Shown piece after piece: positions 27,363-35,970 of a stretch of 64,000 bases of DNA (position 1 is the first letter of the stretch; every line of letters starts with the position of its first letter). The notes below the pieces were generated by a model, which searched no databases, had not been told where the DNA came from, and saw only the letters and a program-made list of their open reading frames with translations. Where the stretch lies: assembly GCA_963802225.1 (NCBI GenBank), contig CAWDHZ010000014.1, positions 4,877 to 68,876 on the forward strand. The letters are read 5' to 3'. The translations under genes and the position numbers were made by a program. The stretch comes from an uncultured delta proteobacterium (GTDB lineage: Bacteria > Desulfobacterota > Syntrophia > Syntrophales > UBA2192).

Positions 27363-28625
27363 ATGATGACTGCCACCCGGTTCTCGACGACCCTCAGGGA
27401 TCATGCGAGAAAGACCATCGAAAAGCTCCGCTACACCGACATCGTGATCGGCATCCCTTCCTACTACAGCGGTTCGTCCATCGTACACGTGATCCAGACG
27501 ATCGCCGAAGGGCTTGACCGTTACTATCACGACGCGAAGGCCGTTATCCTGGTCGCCGACGGGGGCTCGACGGACGACTCGCGCGAGATCGCGAACCTCG
27601 TGCAGATCCACTCCTACAACATCGAAAAGATCGTGACGATCTACCGGGGCCTTCCCGGCAAGGGGTCCGGCCTCCGGGCCGCCTTCGAAGTGGCCAACTT
27701 CCTCAAGGCGAAGGCCGTGGCCGTCTTCGACTCCGACCTCGTCTCCATCAAGCCCGAGTGGATCCGCAATGTCCTCGATCCCGTGTTCAACGGATACGAC
27801 TTCGTCGCCCCCTACTACCGGCGCTACAAGCTCGACGGCACCATCACCAACACGATCGCCTACAACCTGACGCGAGCCCTTTACGGGACCCGGATCCGCC
27901 AGCCCATCGGAGGAGACTTCGGGATCTCCCAGAGGCTTGCCAAGCACTACTTCGACCAGGATGCCTGGGAGACGGACGTGGCCCGTTTCGGCATCGACAT
28001 CTGGATGACCACAACGGCCATCGTGGGAGGCTTCAAGCTCTGCCAGGCCAGGCTGGGCGTCAAGGTCCACGGCGAAAAGGATCCCGGCGCCGACCTGGGG
28101 CCCATGTTCCGCCAGGTCGTGGGGACGATCTTCCAGCTCATGGAAACAAACCAGGAGCACTGGCAGAAGATCCGCAGTTCCCTGGATGTTCCGATCCTGG
28201 GCGAGGAGTTCGAACAGGAGCCAGCCCCCTTCGACATCGACCAGGAAGGGCTCATCGACTATTTCCGGATGGGCTGGGCGAACTTCTCGGGCGTCTGGCA
28301 GCGGATCGTCGAGGAGCGGGACCTCGAGGTGATCAGGGGCCTCGTCTCCATCAAGCGCAGGGAGGATTTTCATCTGCCCGTCGAGACGTGGGTGCGCATC
28401 GTGTACCGCTATGCCCGCTATTTCCACGCAACCGCGCGGCAGCGCTTCAAGCTCCTCGACACGATGGTCCCGCTGTACAACGCCCGGGTGGCGAGCCTCA
28501 TCAACGAGGTGCGGGAAAAGAACCCCGAGGAGTCGGAGCAATTGTTCGAAGCCCATGCCGCGACGTTCGAGAACATGAAGGATTACCTGATCAAGCTATG
28601 GGATGAGGAGGTGCACGATGGCTGA
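27363..28625 (+). CDS. GT-A fold (family-2-like) glycosyltransferase, candidate second glycosyl-transfer step
   Basis: DIVIGIPSYYSGSSIVHVIQTI...VILVADGGSTDDS...AVFDSDL. 420 aa. It overlaps the GpgS-like gene by 8 nt. Confidence 0.6.
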   Translation: MMTATRFSTTLRDHARKTIEKLRYTDIVIGIPSYYSGSSIVHVIQTIAEGLDRYYHDAKAVILVADGGSTDDSREIANLVQIHSYNIEKIVTIYRGLPGKGSGLRAAFEVANFLKAKAVAVFDSDLVSIKPEWIRNVLDPVFNGYDFVAPYYRRYKLDGTITNTIAYNLTRALYGTRIRQPIGGDFGISQRLAKHYFDQDAWETDVARFGIDIWMTTTAIVGGFKLCQARLGVKVHGEKDPGADLGPMFRQVVGTIFQLMETNQEHWQKIRSSLDVPILGEEFEQEPAPFDIDQEGLIDYFRMGWANFSGVWQRIVEERDLEVIRGLVSIKRREDFHLPVETWVRIVYRYARYFHATARQRFKLLDTMVPLYNARVASLINEVREKNPEESEQLFEAHAATFENMKDYLIKLWDEEVHDG

Positions 28626-29826
28626 TTTCTGGCAGCACGGAATGATCACGACGCTTCAAAAACTGAGGGAGCGCCCCGTCGGGGAGCTCGAGGCGGAACT
28701 CAAGACCATCGCGCGGCGCCGCAAGCTCGTGCTGCTGCTGCCCGCGTTGTACTCGGAATTCGAGACCCCTGCCATGCCCCGGATCATCGGGGAATTGAAG
28801 AATGTGGACTACCTCCACAAGGTCGTTCTCTCCCTGGACCGGGCCAGCAGAAGCGAGTTCGAGAAGGCAAGGGAGCACATGTCCGTGCTGAAGTCCGACG
28901 TGAAGGTCGTCTGGCACGACGGCCCGAGGATGAAGAAACTCTACCGGGAGCTGATGCGAAATGATTTCTCCATGGACCACCCCGGCAAGGGACGATCAGT
29001 GTGGATGACCCTCGGTTGCATCCTGTCGGAGCGGGATGTCTACGCCATCGCCCTGCACGACTGCGACATCGTCAACTACCGCCGGGAGATGCTGACACGG
29101 CTCTTCTACCCCGTGGCGCACCCGGCCCTGGATTTCGAGTTCAGCAAAGGGTACTACGCCCGGGTGACGGACCGGCTCTACGGCCGCGTGACGCGGCTCT
29201 TCTACACCCCCATGATCCGGACGCTCCGCCGCATCCTGGGCTTCAATGCCTTCCTGTCCTACCTGGACAACTTCCGCTATGCCCTGTCGGGGGAGTTTGC
29301 CTTCATCGCCAGCCTCGCCCGGGGCGTTCGGATTTCGCCCACCTGGGGTCTCGAGGTCTCCATGCTGAGCGAAATCTACCAGAGGGCCTCCATCAACCGG
29401 ATCTGCCAGGTGGAGCTGGCGGAGACCTACGAGCACAAGCACCAGGTGCTCCGGAAGGAAAAACCCAACGAGGGGCTGCTTCGCATGGCCGGGGATATCG
29501 CAAAGGCCCTCTTCCGGGTCCTCACGCAGGACGGGATCGTCCTGAGCGAGGCGTTTTTCCGGACGATGCTCACGTCCTACATGCAGGAGGCCCGGATCAC
29601 CATTGAAAAATACCACGCCCTTGCGCTCATCAACGGGCTCACCTACGATCGCCACAGCGAGATCGAGGCCGTCGAGTTTTTCGTCGGCTCTCTCCGCAAG
29701 GCGATCGCCGATTTCGTGGATGATCCCGTGGGCGTTCCGATGCTCGCCGCATGGGTCCGCGTCAATGCCGCGATCCCGGACTTCGAGGACCGGATCAGCG
29801 AGGCCGTCGACCTCGACAATGCCTGA
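28618..29826 (+). CDS. Glucosyl-3-phosphoglycerate synthase-like glycosyltransferase (GT81-like)
   Basis: ATG 28618 lies 6 nt after GAGGAGG. ...AIALHDCDIVNY...YGRVTRLFYTPMIRTL... resembles the DxD and GRVTEL regions of GpgS/MpgS-type enzymes. Confidence 0.55.
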   Translation: MADFWQHGMITTLQKLRERPVGELEAELKTIARRRKLVLLLPALYSEFETPAMPRIIGELKNVDYLHKVVLSLDRASRSEFEKAREHMSVLKSDVKVVWHDGPRMKKLYRELMRNDFSMDHPGKGRSVWMTLGCILSERDVYAIALHDCDIVNYRREMLTRLFYPVAHPALDFEFSKGYYARVTDRLYGRVTRLFYTPMIRTLRRILGFNAFLSYLDNFRYALSGEFAFIASLARGVRISPTWGLEVSMLSEIYQRASINRICQVELAETYEHKHQVLRKEKPNEGLLRMAGDIAKALFRVLTQDGIVLSEAFFRTMLTSYMQEARITIEKYHALALINGLTYDRHSEIEAVEFFVGSLRKAIADFVDDPVGVPMLAAWVRVNAAIPDFEDRISEAVDLDNA

Positions 29827-30020
29827 GGGATTCCCATCCCGGAAGCCCGATCAGGGATTTCATCTCCCGGGTGGCAGTGATCCATGTGTCCGGTGACTGG
29901 GCACCGGTTCCCTTTTCCCGCGGCCGGTCCTTGGCCGGAGCGGTTCGGCATGAAGACTCCCGTTAGGTGGATCAAAACCCTGCGCGCCGACGCATCCATC
30001 GTTCCGAAAGGAGATTCGTG

Positions 30021-30743
30021 ATGAAGACGCTGAACGGCATGAACGGGATTCGCAAGGAAGTGAAGCCCGATCAACCCGATCCGATTCAGCAGGCAATCGA
30101 AGAATACGGGAAGCGCAGAGCCCTGTATCAGGACTTTGCCGAGGTGATCCGGTTCATCCTGCAGGAGGAGCTGCATGCGAAGTCGATCCGGGTTCAATCC
30201 GTCGAGGTGAGGGCAAAATCGATCGAGAGCTTCCAGAGAAAGATCTCGCAGGCTCGCGAAGCAGGGTCCGGGAAGATCCCTGTGAAGGATCCGCTGACGG
30301 AGATCACGGATCTTGCCGGCGTGAGGGTCATCACGTTATTTCCCAAGACCCTCGTGGAGGTAGACCTGATTCTCCATGAGCAATTCGAGATCATCGAGAT
30401 CGACGACAAATCCGAAACGCTGAAAGAGGACGACAGGTTCGGGTATCACAGCGTCCATTATCTCGTGAGATTGCTGCCCAACCGGACCGAGCTGGCCGAG
30501 TACGGTCGCTTCAGGGATCTCGTCGCGGAGATCCAGCTGCGAACGATCCTGCAGCACGTCTGGGCCGAGATCGAACACGACATCCAATACAAGTCCGTCG
30601 AAGCCATGCCGACGGCGATCCGAAGGCGATTCATCATGCTGGCGGGGCTTCTCGAACTGGCCGATCGCGAATTCCAGGCGATCCGCGACGAGGACCAGAA
30701 ACTGTATCCACCCCCGGTCACAGGGCTCTCGAAAGAGAGATGA
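30021..30743 (+). CDS. RelA/SpoT-domain small alarmone synthetase-like protein
   Basis: ORF 29967..30743 trimmed to ATG 30021 (AAGGAG upstream). DLAGVRVITLF...GYHSVHYLV...EIQLRTILQHVWAEIEHDIQYK is the (p)ppGpp synthetase catalytic motif set. Confidence 0.75.
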   Translation: MKTLNGMNGIRKEVKPDQPDPIQQAIEEYGKRRALYQDFAEVIRFILQEELHAKSIRVQSVEVRAKSIESFQRKISQAREAGSGKIPVKDPLTEITDLAGVRVITLFPKTLVEVDLILHEQFEIIEIDDKSETLKEDDRFGYHSVHYLVRLLPNRTELAEYGRFRDLVAEIQLRTILQHVWAEIEHDIQYKSVEAMPTAIRRRFIMLAGLLELADREFQAIRDEDQKLYPPPVTGLSKER

Positions 30744-30830
30744 CCCGAAGCCGGGGCGCACTGCGAAAAGACCGTTCAAAAGTGCCGTGTCGGGAGCAAC
30801 GGCCACGGCAGGCCAGAGGGGAGGCAGCCC

Positions 30831-31865
30831 ATGCCCGCAAGCCAGATGCGCCAGGACCCGGTCACGAAGCACTGGGTGCTCTATGCGCCTGCCCGGAGTC
30901 GCAGGCCCCATGAATACGGCAACCGGGAAAAGGAAGGCGCACCGATACCGGTTTACGACGCCACATGCCCATTCTGCCCCGGCAACGAGGCGCATCTGGC
31001 CGGCATCGTGATGGAGAGCCCCGCCGGCAAAGGGTCCTGGGCCACACGGGTCGTGCCGAACAAGTACCCGGCGCTCACCCCGGAGGGCAGCGGCATCCGG
31101 ACGTCGGCGGGCTTTTACCGGGTGATGGAAGGCTTCGGGTGCCACGAGGTGATCATCGAAACGCCCTGCCACAACCGGCAGCCGAGCCGGATGGGCGTGC
31201 GGGAGGTGGAGGAGATCGTAAGGGCCTACGATCATCGGTACAGGGCCCTGGAGGCCCTCCCGGGGATCCGGGCGGTCACCCTCTTCCGGAACCACGGACC
31301 CGCGGCGGGAACCTCGCTCCAGCACCCCCATTCGCAGGTCATCGCGACGGGGATTGTCCCCCGGCACATTCGGCATCGCGACGACGCGGTGCGGAGCTAC
31401 TTTGACGACTGGGGGCGGTGCCTGGTTTGCGACATGGCGGAGCAGGAATTGTCGGACGGCAGGCGGGTCGTCCTCGCGAACGAGCGCTTTGTCGCCTACG
31501 TCCCCTTCGCGGCCGGGGTCCCTTTCGAAATCTGGATCGTGCCGAGGCGGCATCGTGCCGGCTTCGGCGGCCTCGCCGGCGAAGAAAGGGCCGATTTCGC
31601 CGCTGCTCTTCGTGCGGTCCTCGGGAAACTGGACACAGCCTGCGGGGACCCCGACTACAACTACGTGATCCATTCCTCCGCCGGCTGCGGCGCCGACGAA
31701 GCCCACCTGCACTGGCATCTTCAGCTCAAGCCGCGGCTGGTCACCCCGGCGGGCTTCGAGATGGGATCCGGAATCCACATCAACCCTTCCATCCCGGAGG
31801 AGGATGCGGCCCTTCTCCGGGATGCGGATGTTCCGCAGCAGCGGGGCGGCCCCCGGATGGAATAG
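30831..31865 (+). CDS. galT: Galactose-1-phosphate uridylyltransferase-family (HIT) nucleotidyltransferase
   Basis: CPFCPGNE zinc motif and the HPHSQV active-site histidine motif; duplicated HIT halves. Confidence 0.8.
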   Translation: MPASQMRQDPVTKHWVLYAPARSRRPHEYGNREKEGAPIPVYDATCPFCPGNEAHLAGIVMESPAGKGSWATRVVPNKYPALTPEGSGIRTSAGFYRVMEGFGCHEVIIETPCHNRQPSRMGVREVEEIVRAYDHRYRALEALPGIRAVTLFRNHGPAAGTSLQHPHSQVIATGIVPRHIRHRDDAVRSYFDDWGRCLVCDMAEQELSDGRRVVLANERFVAYVPFAAGVPFEIWIVPRRHRAGFGGLAGEERADFAAALRAVLGKLDTACGDPDYNYVIHSSAGCGADEAHLHWHLQLKPRLVTPAGFEMGSGIHINPSIPEEDAALLRDADVPQQRGGPRME

Positions 31866-31917
31866 CCGCCCCGCCTCACCCGCTCAGACTGCATGATACC
31901 CTCTCAACGGAGCAGAG

Positions 31918-33267
31918 ATGAAGAATTCCATCGGGTCCAAACGACAAATCCAGGATCTCATTGCCGGGCAGTGCTGGGTCGATCTGCAGGGACTGCTGGG
32001 CGGCCTTCCCGCCCCCGACATTTCCGATCTCGTTGAGCAGCTCGCCGAGACGCACCGCATCGTCGTCCTGCGGCTTCTGCCTCGGGAGATGCTCCCGGAG
32101 GTCTTTTCCTACCTGGCCGACAAGACGCAGACGAACCTGCTCAAGGCGCTCACGGCGGAAGAGACCCGGACGATCCTGGCCGATCTGAGCCCGGACGACC
32201 GCGCCGATTTTCTGGAGGAACTGCCGGGCCAGGCCATCCAGAAGCTTCTCAATCTGCTCAACGCCGAGGATCGCCAGGAAACGCTCCAGCTTCTTGGCTA
32301 CCCCGAGGAGAGCGTGGGCCGCCTCATGACTCCGGACTATGTGGCCGTCCGTCCCGAGTGGACGGCCGATGAGGCGTTGATCCACGTCCGTATCAAGGGG
32401 ATGGACAGCGAGACGATCAACGTCATCTACGTGACCGACGCGAGGTGGAAGCTGTTGGGCGTGCTGGGATTGAGGCGGCTGATCCTGGCCGCACCGGGCG
32501 AGCGGATCGGGGAGATCATGGAAACTGCGGTCATCAGCGTCGGCGCCCTCGAGGACCGCGAAATGGCCGTCGAACTCATCCGGCGCTACGACCTCGTGGC
32601 CCTGCCCGTGGCGGATTCCAACGGCATTCTTCTCGGCATCGTGACGATCGACGACCTGTTCGACGTGGCCGTCGAGGAGGCGACGGAAGACTTCCAGAAG
32701 TCGGCTGCCGTGGAGCCTCTGAAGGCTAGTTACCGGGAGTCCACGGTCCTGTCGCTCTATGGCAAGCGGGTGAGCTGGCTTGCCTCCCTGCTCGGCATCA
32801 GCATCGTCACGACGGGCATCATCTCCTCGCAGACGGACACGCTGAACTCGGCCATCGCGCTGGCCTTCTTCATCCCGCTGCTCATCGGCACGGGCGGCAA
32901 CACGGGGAACCAGTCGGCGACACTCATGATCCGGGCGCTGGCCACGGGCGACATCCGCGAAGGGCAATGGCTCAAGGCTCTCCTGAGGGAAATCGGGATC
33001 GGGCTGCTGCTCGGCATCACCATGGGCCTTGCTAGCTGGGTTCTCGGTTTCTTCAAGGGCGATTCCCGGATCGCTTTGATCGTCTCCCTGACCATGGTCG
33101 GCATCGTCATCGTGTCCAGCATCCTTGGGGTGATCCTGCCCGTGATCCTCCAGCGCCTGCGCATCGACCCCGCCGTGGCCAGCAACCCCTTGATCGCGTC
33201 CGTCATGGACATCGTGGGGCTGCTCATTTATTTCAACATTGCAGCGGCAATTCTGGACGTGGGGTAA
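31918..33267 (+). CDS. mgtE: Magnesium transporter MgtE
   Basis: N-domain, tandem CBS region and five-TM C-terminus with FIPLLIGTGGNTGNQS and ASNPLIASVMDIVGL. Confidence 0.9.
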   Translation: MKNSIGSKRQIQDLIAGQCWVDLQGLLGGLPAPDISDLVEQLAETHRIVVLRLLPREMLPEVFSYLADKTQTNLLKALTAEETRTILADLSPDDRADFLEELPGQAIQKLLNLLNAEDRQETLQLLGYPEESVGRLMTPDYVAVRPEWTADEALIHVRIKGMDSETINVIYVTDARWKLLGVLGLRRLILAAPGERIGEIMETAVISVGALEDREMAVELIRRYDLVALPVADSNGILLGIVTIDDLFDVAVEEATEDFQKSAAVEPLKASYRESTVLSLYGKRVSWLASLLGISIVTTGIISSQTDTLNSAIALAFFIPLLIGTGGNTGNQSATLMIRALATGDIREGQWLKALLREIGIGLLLGITMGLASWVLGFFKGDSRIALIVSLTMVGIVIVSSILGVILPVILQRLRIDPAVASNPLIASVMDIVGLLIYFNIAAAILDVG

Positions 33268-33271
33268 GGTC

Positions 33272-34768
33272 GTGAACGGACAGTCCTTGAAGATACTCAT
33301 GGTTTCCTCGGAGGTGGTCCCTTTTGCCAAGGAGGGAGGCCTGGGAGACGCCGTCGGCGCGCTTGCGAAGGTGCTGTCGACTCGCGGGCACGATGTCAGG
33401 GTCGTCATGCCTCTATACGGGAGAATCGACCGGGGTGCCTGGAAGTTCCGTCCGACAGTCGATGCGTTGCAGGTGCCCATGGGGGGGATGGGACGGCTGG
33501 AGTGTGCCGTCCTCGAGGGAATCCTCCCGGGCACGAAGGTCCCTGTCTATTTCATCGATTACGCCCCGTTCTACGGGCGGTGGGGAATCTACAATGAAGA
33601 CGGGGAAGGATACCGGGACAATGGACCGCGCTTTGTCTTTCTGTCCAGGGCGGGCGTCGAGCTTTGCCGTGCCATCGGTTTCAGTCCCCAGATCATCCAC
33701 GTCCACGACTGGCACACGGCCGCAATCCCCGTGTTCCTCAACACCCTGTACCGTGACGAAGAGATGCTTTCCGGAACGGCGAGCCTGCTGACCATTCACA
33801 ACATGCTGCAGCAGGGGGTCTTCGATAAGGGGCTCATGGATGTCCTGGAGATCGGATGGGAACACTTCCATTTCCGGGAACTGGAGTTCTTCGACAAGGT
33901 CAATCTCCTGAAAGGAGGGATCTACCATGCCACGCTCATCAACACGGTGAGCCCTTCTTATGCCTGGGAAATCCGGCAGCCGCAGTTCGCCTGCGGCATT
34001 GAGGGCGTTGTCCGGGACCGGGCCACCGATCTGTTCGGTATCCTCAACGGCGCCGATTACGATGAGTGGGATCCCGAGACGGACCCGATGATCGCCGCCA
34101 GATATTCGGAGAGCGATCTCTCAGGCAAGGCCCTCTGCAAGGCGGACCTGCAGCGGACACTGGGACTGCCCGACAAGCCGGCCGCCCCGCTTTTCGGCCT
34201 CGTGTCGCGTCTTGTGAAGCAGAAGGGAATCGATCCGCTGGCGGAAGCCCTGCCGCGCATCCTCGACCTCGATGTCCAGTTCGTGCTCCTGGGCTCGGGG
34301 GAGCCCTGGTCTCACGTCTTCTTCGAAGAACTTGCCAGGGCCCGCCCGGACAGATTCGCCTGCCGGATCGGATTCGACGAAACACTTGCCCACAAGGTCA
34401 TCGCGGGGTCCGACTTCTTCCTCATGCCGTCGCGCTTTGAGCCCTGCGGCCTCACGCAGATGTACGCCATGCGGTATGGGACATTGCCCGTCGTCAGGGC
34501 CACGGGGGGTCTCAACGACACGGTGGAGAATTTCGACGAAGAAAAAGATTCAGGGACGGGATTCAAGTTCCATGATTTGACCGGTGAAGCGATATACAAC
34601 ACCCTGGCATGGACATTACGAATATACCGTGAAAAGCCCGGAACCATGAATACCCTCATCACCAGGGTCATGCAGCAAAGATTTACCTGGGAGACAGCGA
34701 CTAGAAGGTATGAGGAGCTTTACATGAAAGCCTTAGAAATCAGGGCATTTGAGAAACGCAAAAACTGA
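33272..34768 (+). CDS. glgA: Glycogen synthase (GT5)
   Basis: LKILMVSSEVVPFAKEGGLGDAVGAL...HVHDWHTA...PSRFEPCGLTQMYAMRYGTLPVV. The start is GTG 33272 or ATG 33299 (the track ATG 33239 overlaps mgtE). Confidence 0.9.
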   Translation: MNGQSLKILMVSSEVVPFAKEGGLGDAVGALAKVLSTRGHDVRVVMPLYGRIDRGAWKFRPTVDALQVPMGGMGRLECAVLEGILPGTKVPVYFIDYAPFYGRWGIYNEDGEGYRDNGPRFVFLSRAGVELCRAIGFSPQIIHVHDWHTAAIPVFLNTLYRDEEMLSGTASLLTIHNMLQQGVFDKGLMDVLEIGWEHFHFRELEFFDKVNLLKGGIYHATLINTVSPSYAWEIRQPQFACGIEGVVRDRATDLFGILNGADYDEWDPETDPMIAARYSESDLSGKALCKADLQRTLGLPDKPAAPLFGLVSRLVKQKGIDPLAEALPRILDLDVQFVLLGSGEPWSHVFFEELARARPDRFACRIGFDETLAHKVIAGSDFFLMPSRFEPCGLTQMYAMRYGTLPVVRATGGLNDTVENFDEEKDSGTGFKFHDLTGEAIYNTLAWTLRIYREKPGTMNTLITRVMQQRFTWETATRRYEELYMKALEIRAFEKRKN

Positions 34769-34966
34769 CTAAAAAGCGATGGTAGATCGACATAGGTCAC
34801 ACAATGAAACATGCAAACCAGTTGGAGCAAGTTAACCTTAAATGCTATGGATGAGCCTGATTTCGAGTTGACGGCGGGTTTTCCGGATTCAGATCCAATC
34901 CGAACTCTTGCCTCACATGCGAAGCGGGGAATTCTGACGTAACAAACCAAGAAAGGAGGTGTACTC

Positions 34967-35428
34967 ATGTATAAGAAAGTCCTTGTTCCATTGGATGGTT
35001 CGGCACTCGCCGAATGCGCGTTGCCTGAATTGAAAAGCTTGGCGCAAAGTGGGTGTATCGGGGAAGTGCTTTTTGTAAACGTGGTCGAAGATCCCATGAG
35101 GGGGGCAATAGAAGGAATGGAAGCTCTTAATCTCGTCGAGATTGAGAATAGATTGCACGATCACGCAAGAAAATATCTGGCGGACATTCAAATCAAACTC
35201 AATGCGGAAAATATTAAGGCCAGTTCGGAGGTGCTGAGGGGACGCGCTGCTCAATCCATCGTAAGCTATGCAAAGGAAAACGGCGTCGATCTCATCATCA
35301 TCGCTTCCCACGGCTATTCAGGCGTAAAACAGTGGGTATTCGGCAGCGTGGCGCTCAGAGTGCTGCATGATGCCCATGTGCCTGTGCTCCTCATCAGGCC
35401 GGAATCTCATCAACTCGAGGCGCACTAG
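34967..35428 (+). CDS. Universal stress protein (UspA family)
   Basis: MYKKVLVPLDGS...DLIIIASHGYSGVKQWVFGSVALRVLHDAHVPVLLI. AAAGGAGG RBS. Confidence 0.85.
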   Translation: MYKKVLVPLDGSALAECALPELKSLAQSGCIGEVLFVNVVEDPMRGAIEGMEALNLVEIENRLHDHARKYLADIQIKLNAENIKASSEVLRGRAAQSIVSYAKENGVDLIIIASHGYSGVKQWVFGSVALRVLHDAHVPVLLIRPESHQLEAH

Positions 35429-35441
35429 AAGACAACCTGGC

Positions 35442-35472
35442 GAAAGGCAGAGCCTCAATGGCCCTGCCTTTC
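35442..35472 (+). terminator. Hairpin after usp (terminator-like, no T-tract)
   Basis: gaaaggcagagcc-tcaat-ggccctgcctttc forms a 13-bp stem with one mismatch. Confidence 0.35.
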
Positions 35473-35834
35473 ACATTACCGACAAGTTGCTCGTAAAAAA
35501 ACAATCAACCAGTATTGTCTGGACTGGCCCCAGACCCTTGCCACATCAGCGTTAGAGTTCCGCTATTGCTAGGCTTTTTTCCAGAAGAAGAATAAAAGCA
35601 GGGCAATTTCAATCCGTCTTTATTGCTTTTGGATCATTGATTGCCGATTGCAATCTACAGCGTCTTCAAAATGAAAATTCCAACGCTTTAAGGAGTCCAG
35701 ACCCGTATTCATTCTATCAGGTCCCCGTTCAGAGCAACTGAACCTGCACAGATTATGAATTTTTTAGGATTTTTACTGGATTTTTCCAGGGGGGTGTTTT
35801 TATGGATAAGTATCTGTATTTATTAAGAAAATAA

Positions 35835-35909
35835 TGGAGCGGGCGATGGGATTCGAACCCACGACTTTCAGCTTGGGAAGCTGACATTCTGCCACTGAAT
35901 TACGCCCGC
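35835..35909 (-). tRNA. tRNA-Gly (anticodon CCC), CCA encoded
   Basis: The reverse complement GCGGGCG-TA-ATTC-AGTGGCA-GAAT-G-TCAGC-TTCCCAA-GCTGA-AAGTC-GTGGG-TTCGAAT-CCCAT-CGCCCGC-TCCA folds as a full cloverleaf of 75 nt. Confidence 0.95.
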
Positions 35910-35970
35910 TCTTGTGGTGAACTGATTGGTTTTGAAAGAGAGCCATAACTTAGCCGGATTGGCTGATTTG

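Noticed and set aside
30021-30830. RelA/SpoT-domain protein as a toxSAS toxin-antitoxin pair
   Set aside because: No small overlapping or adjacent partner ORF exists. The next gene is a full-length GalT 88 nt downstream.
27297-33534. Long minus-strand ORFs 27297..28556, 30336..31778 and 31876..33534
   Set aside because: They are antisense to the GT2-like, GalT and MgtE genes. Composition is biased, there is no RBS, and no domain is recognisable.
35429-35834. Expected integrase gene next to the tRNA-Gly 3' end
   Set aside because: This is a 400-bp AT-rich spacer with no credible ORF. No integrase is present anywhere in 8-36 kb, so the island interpretation stays an inference.
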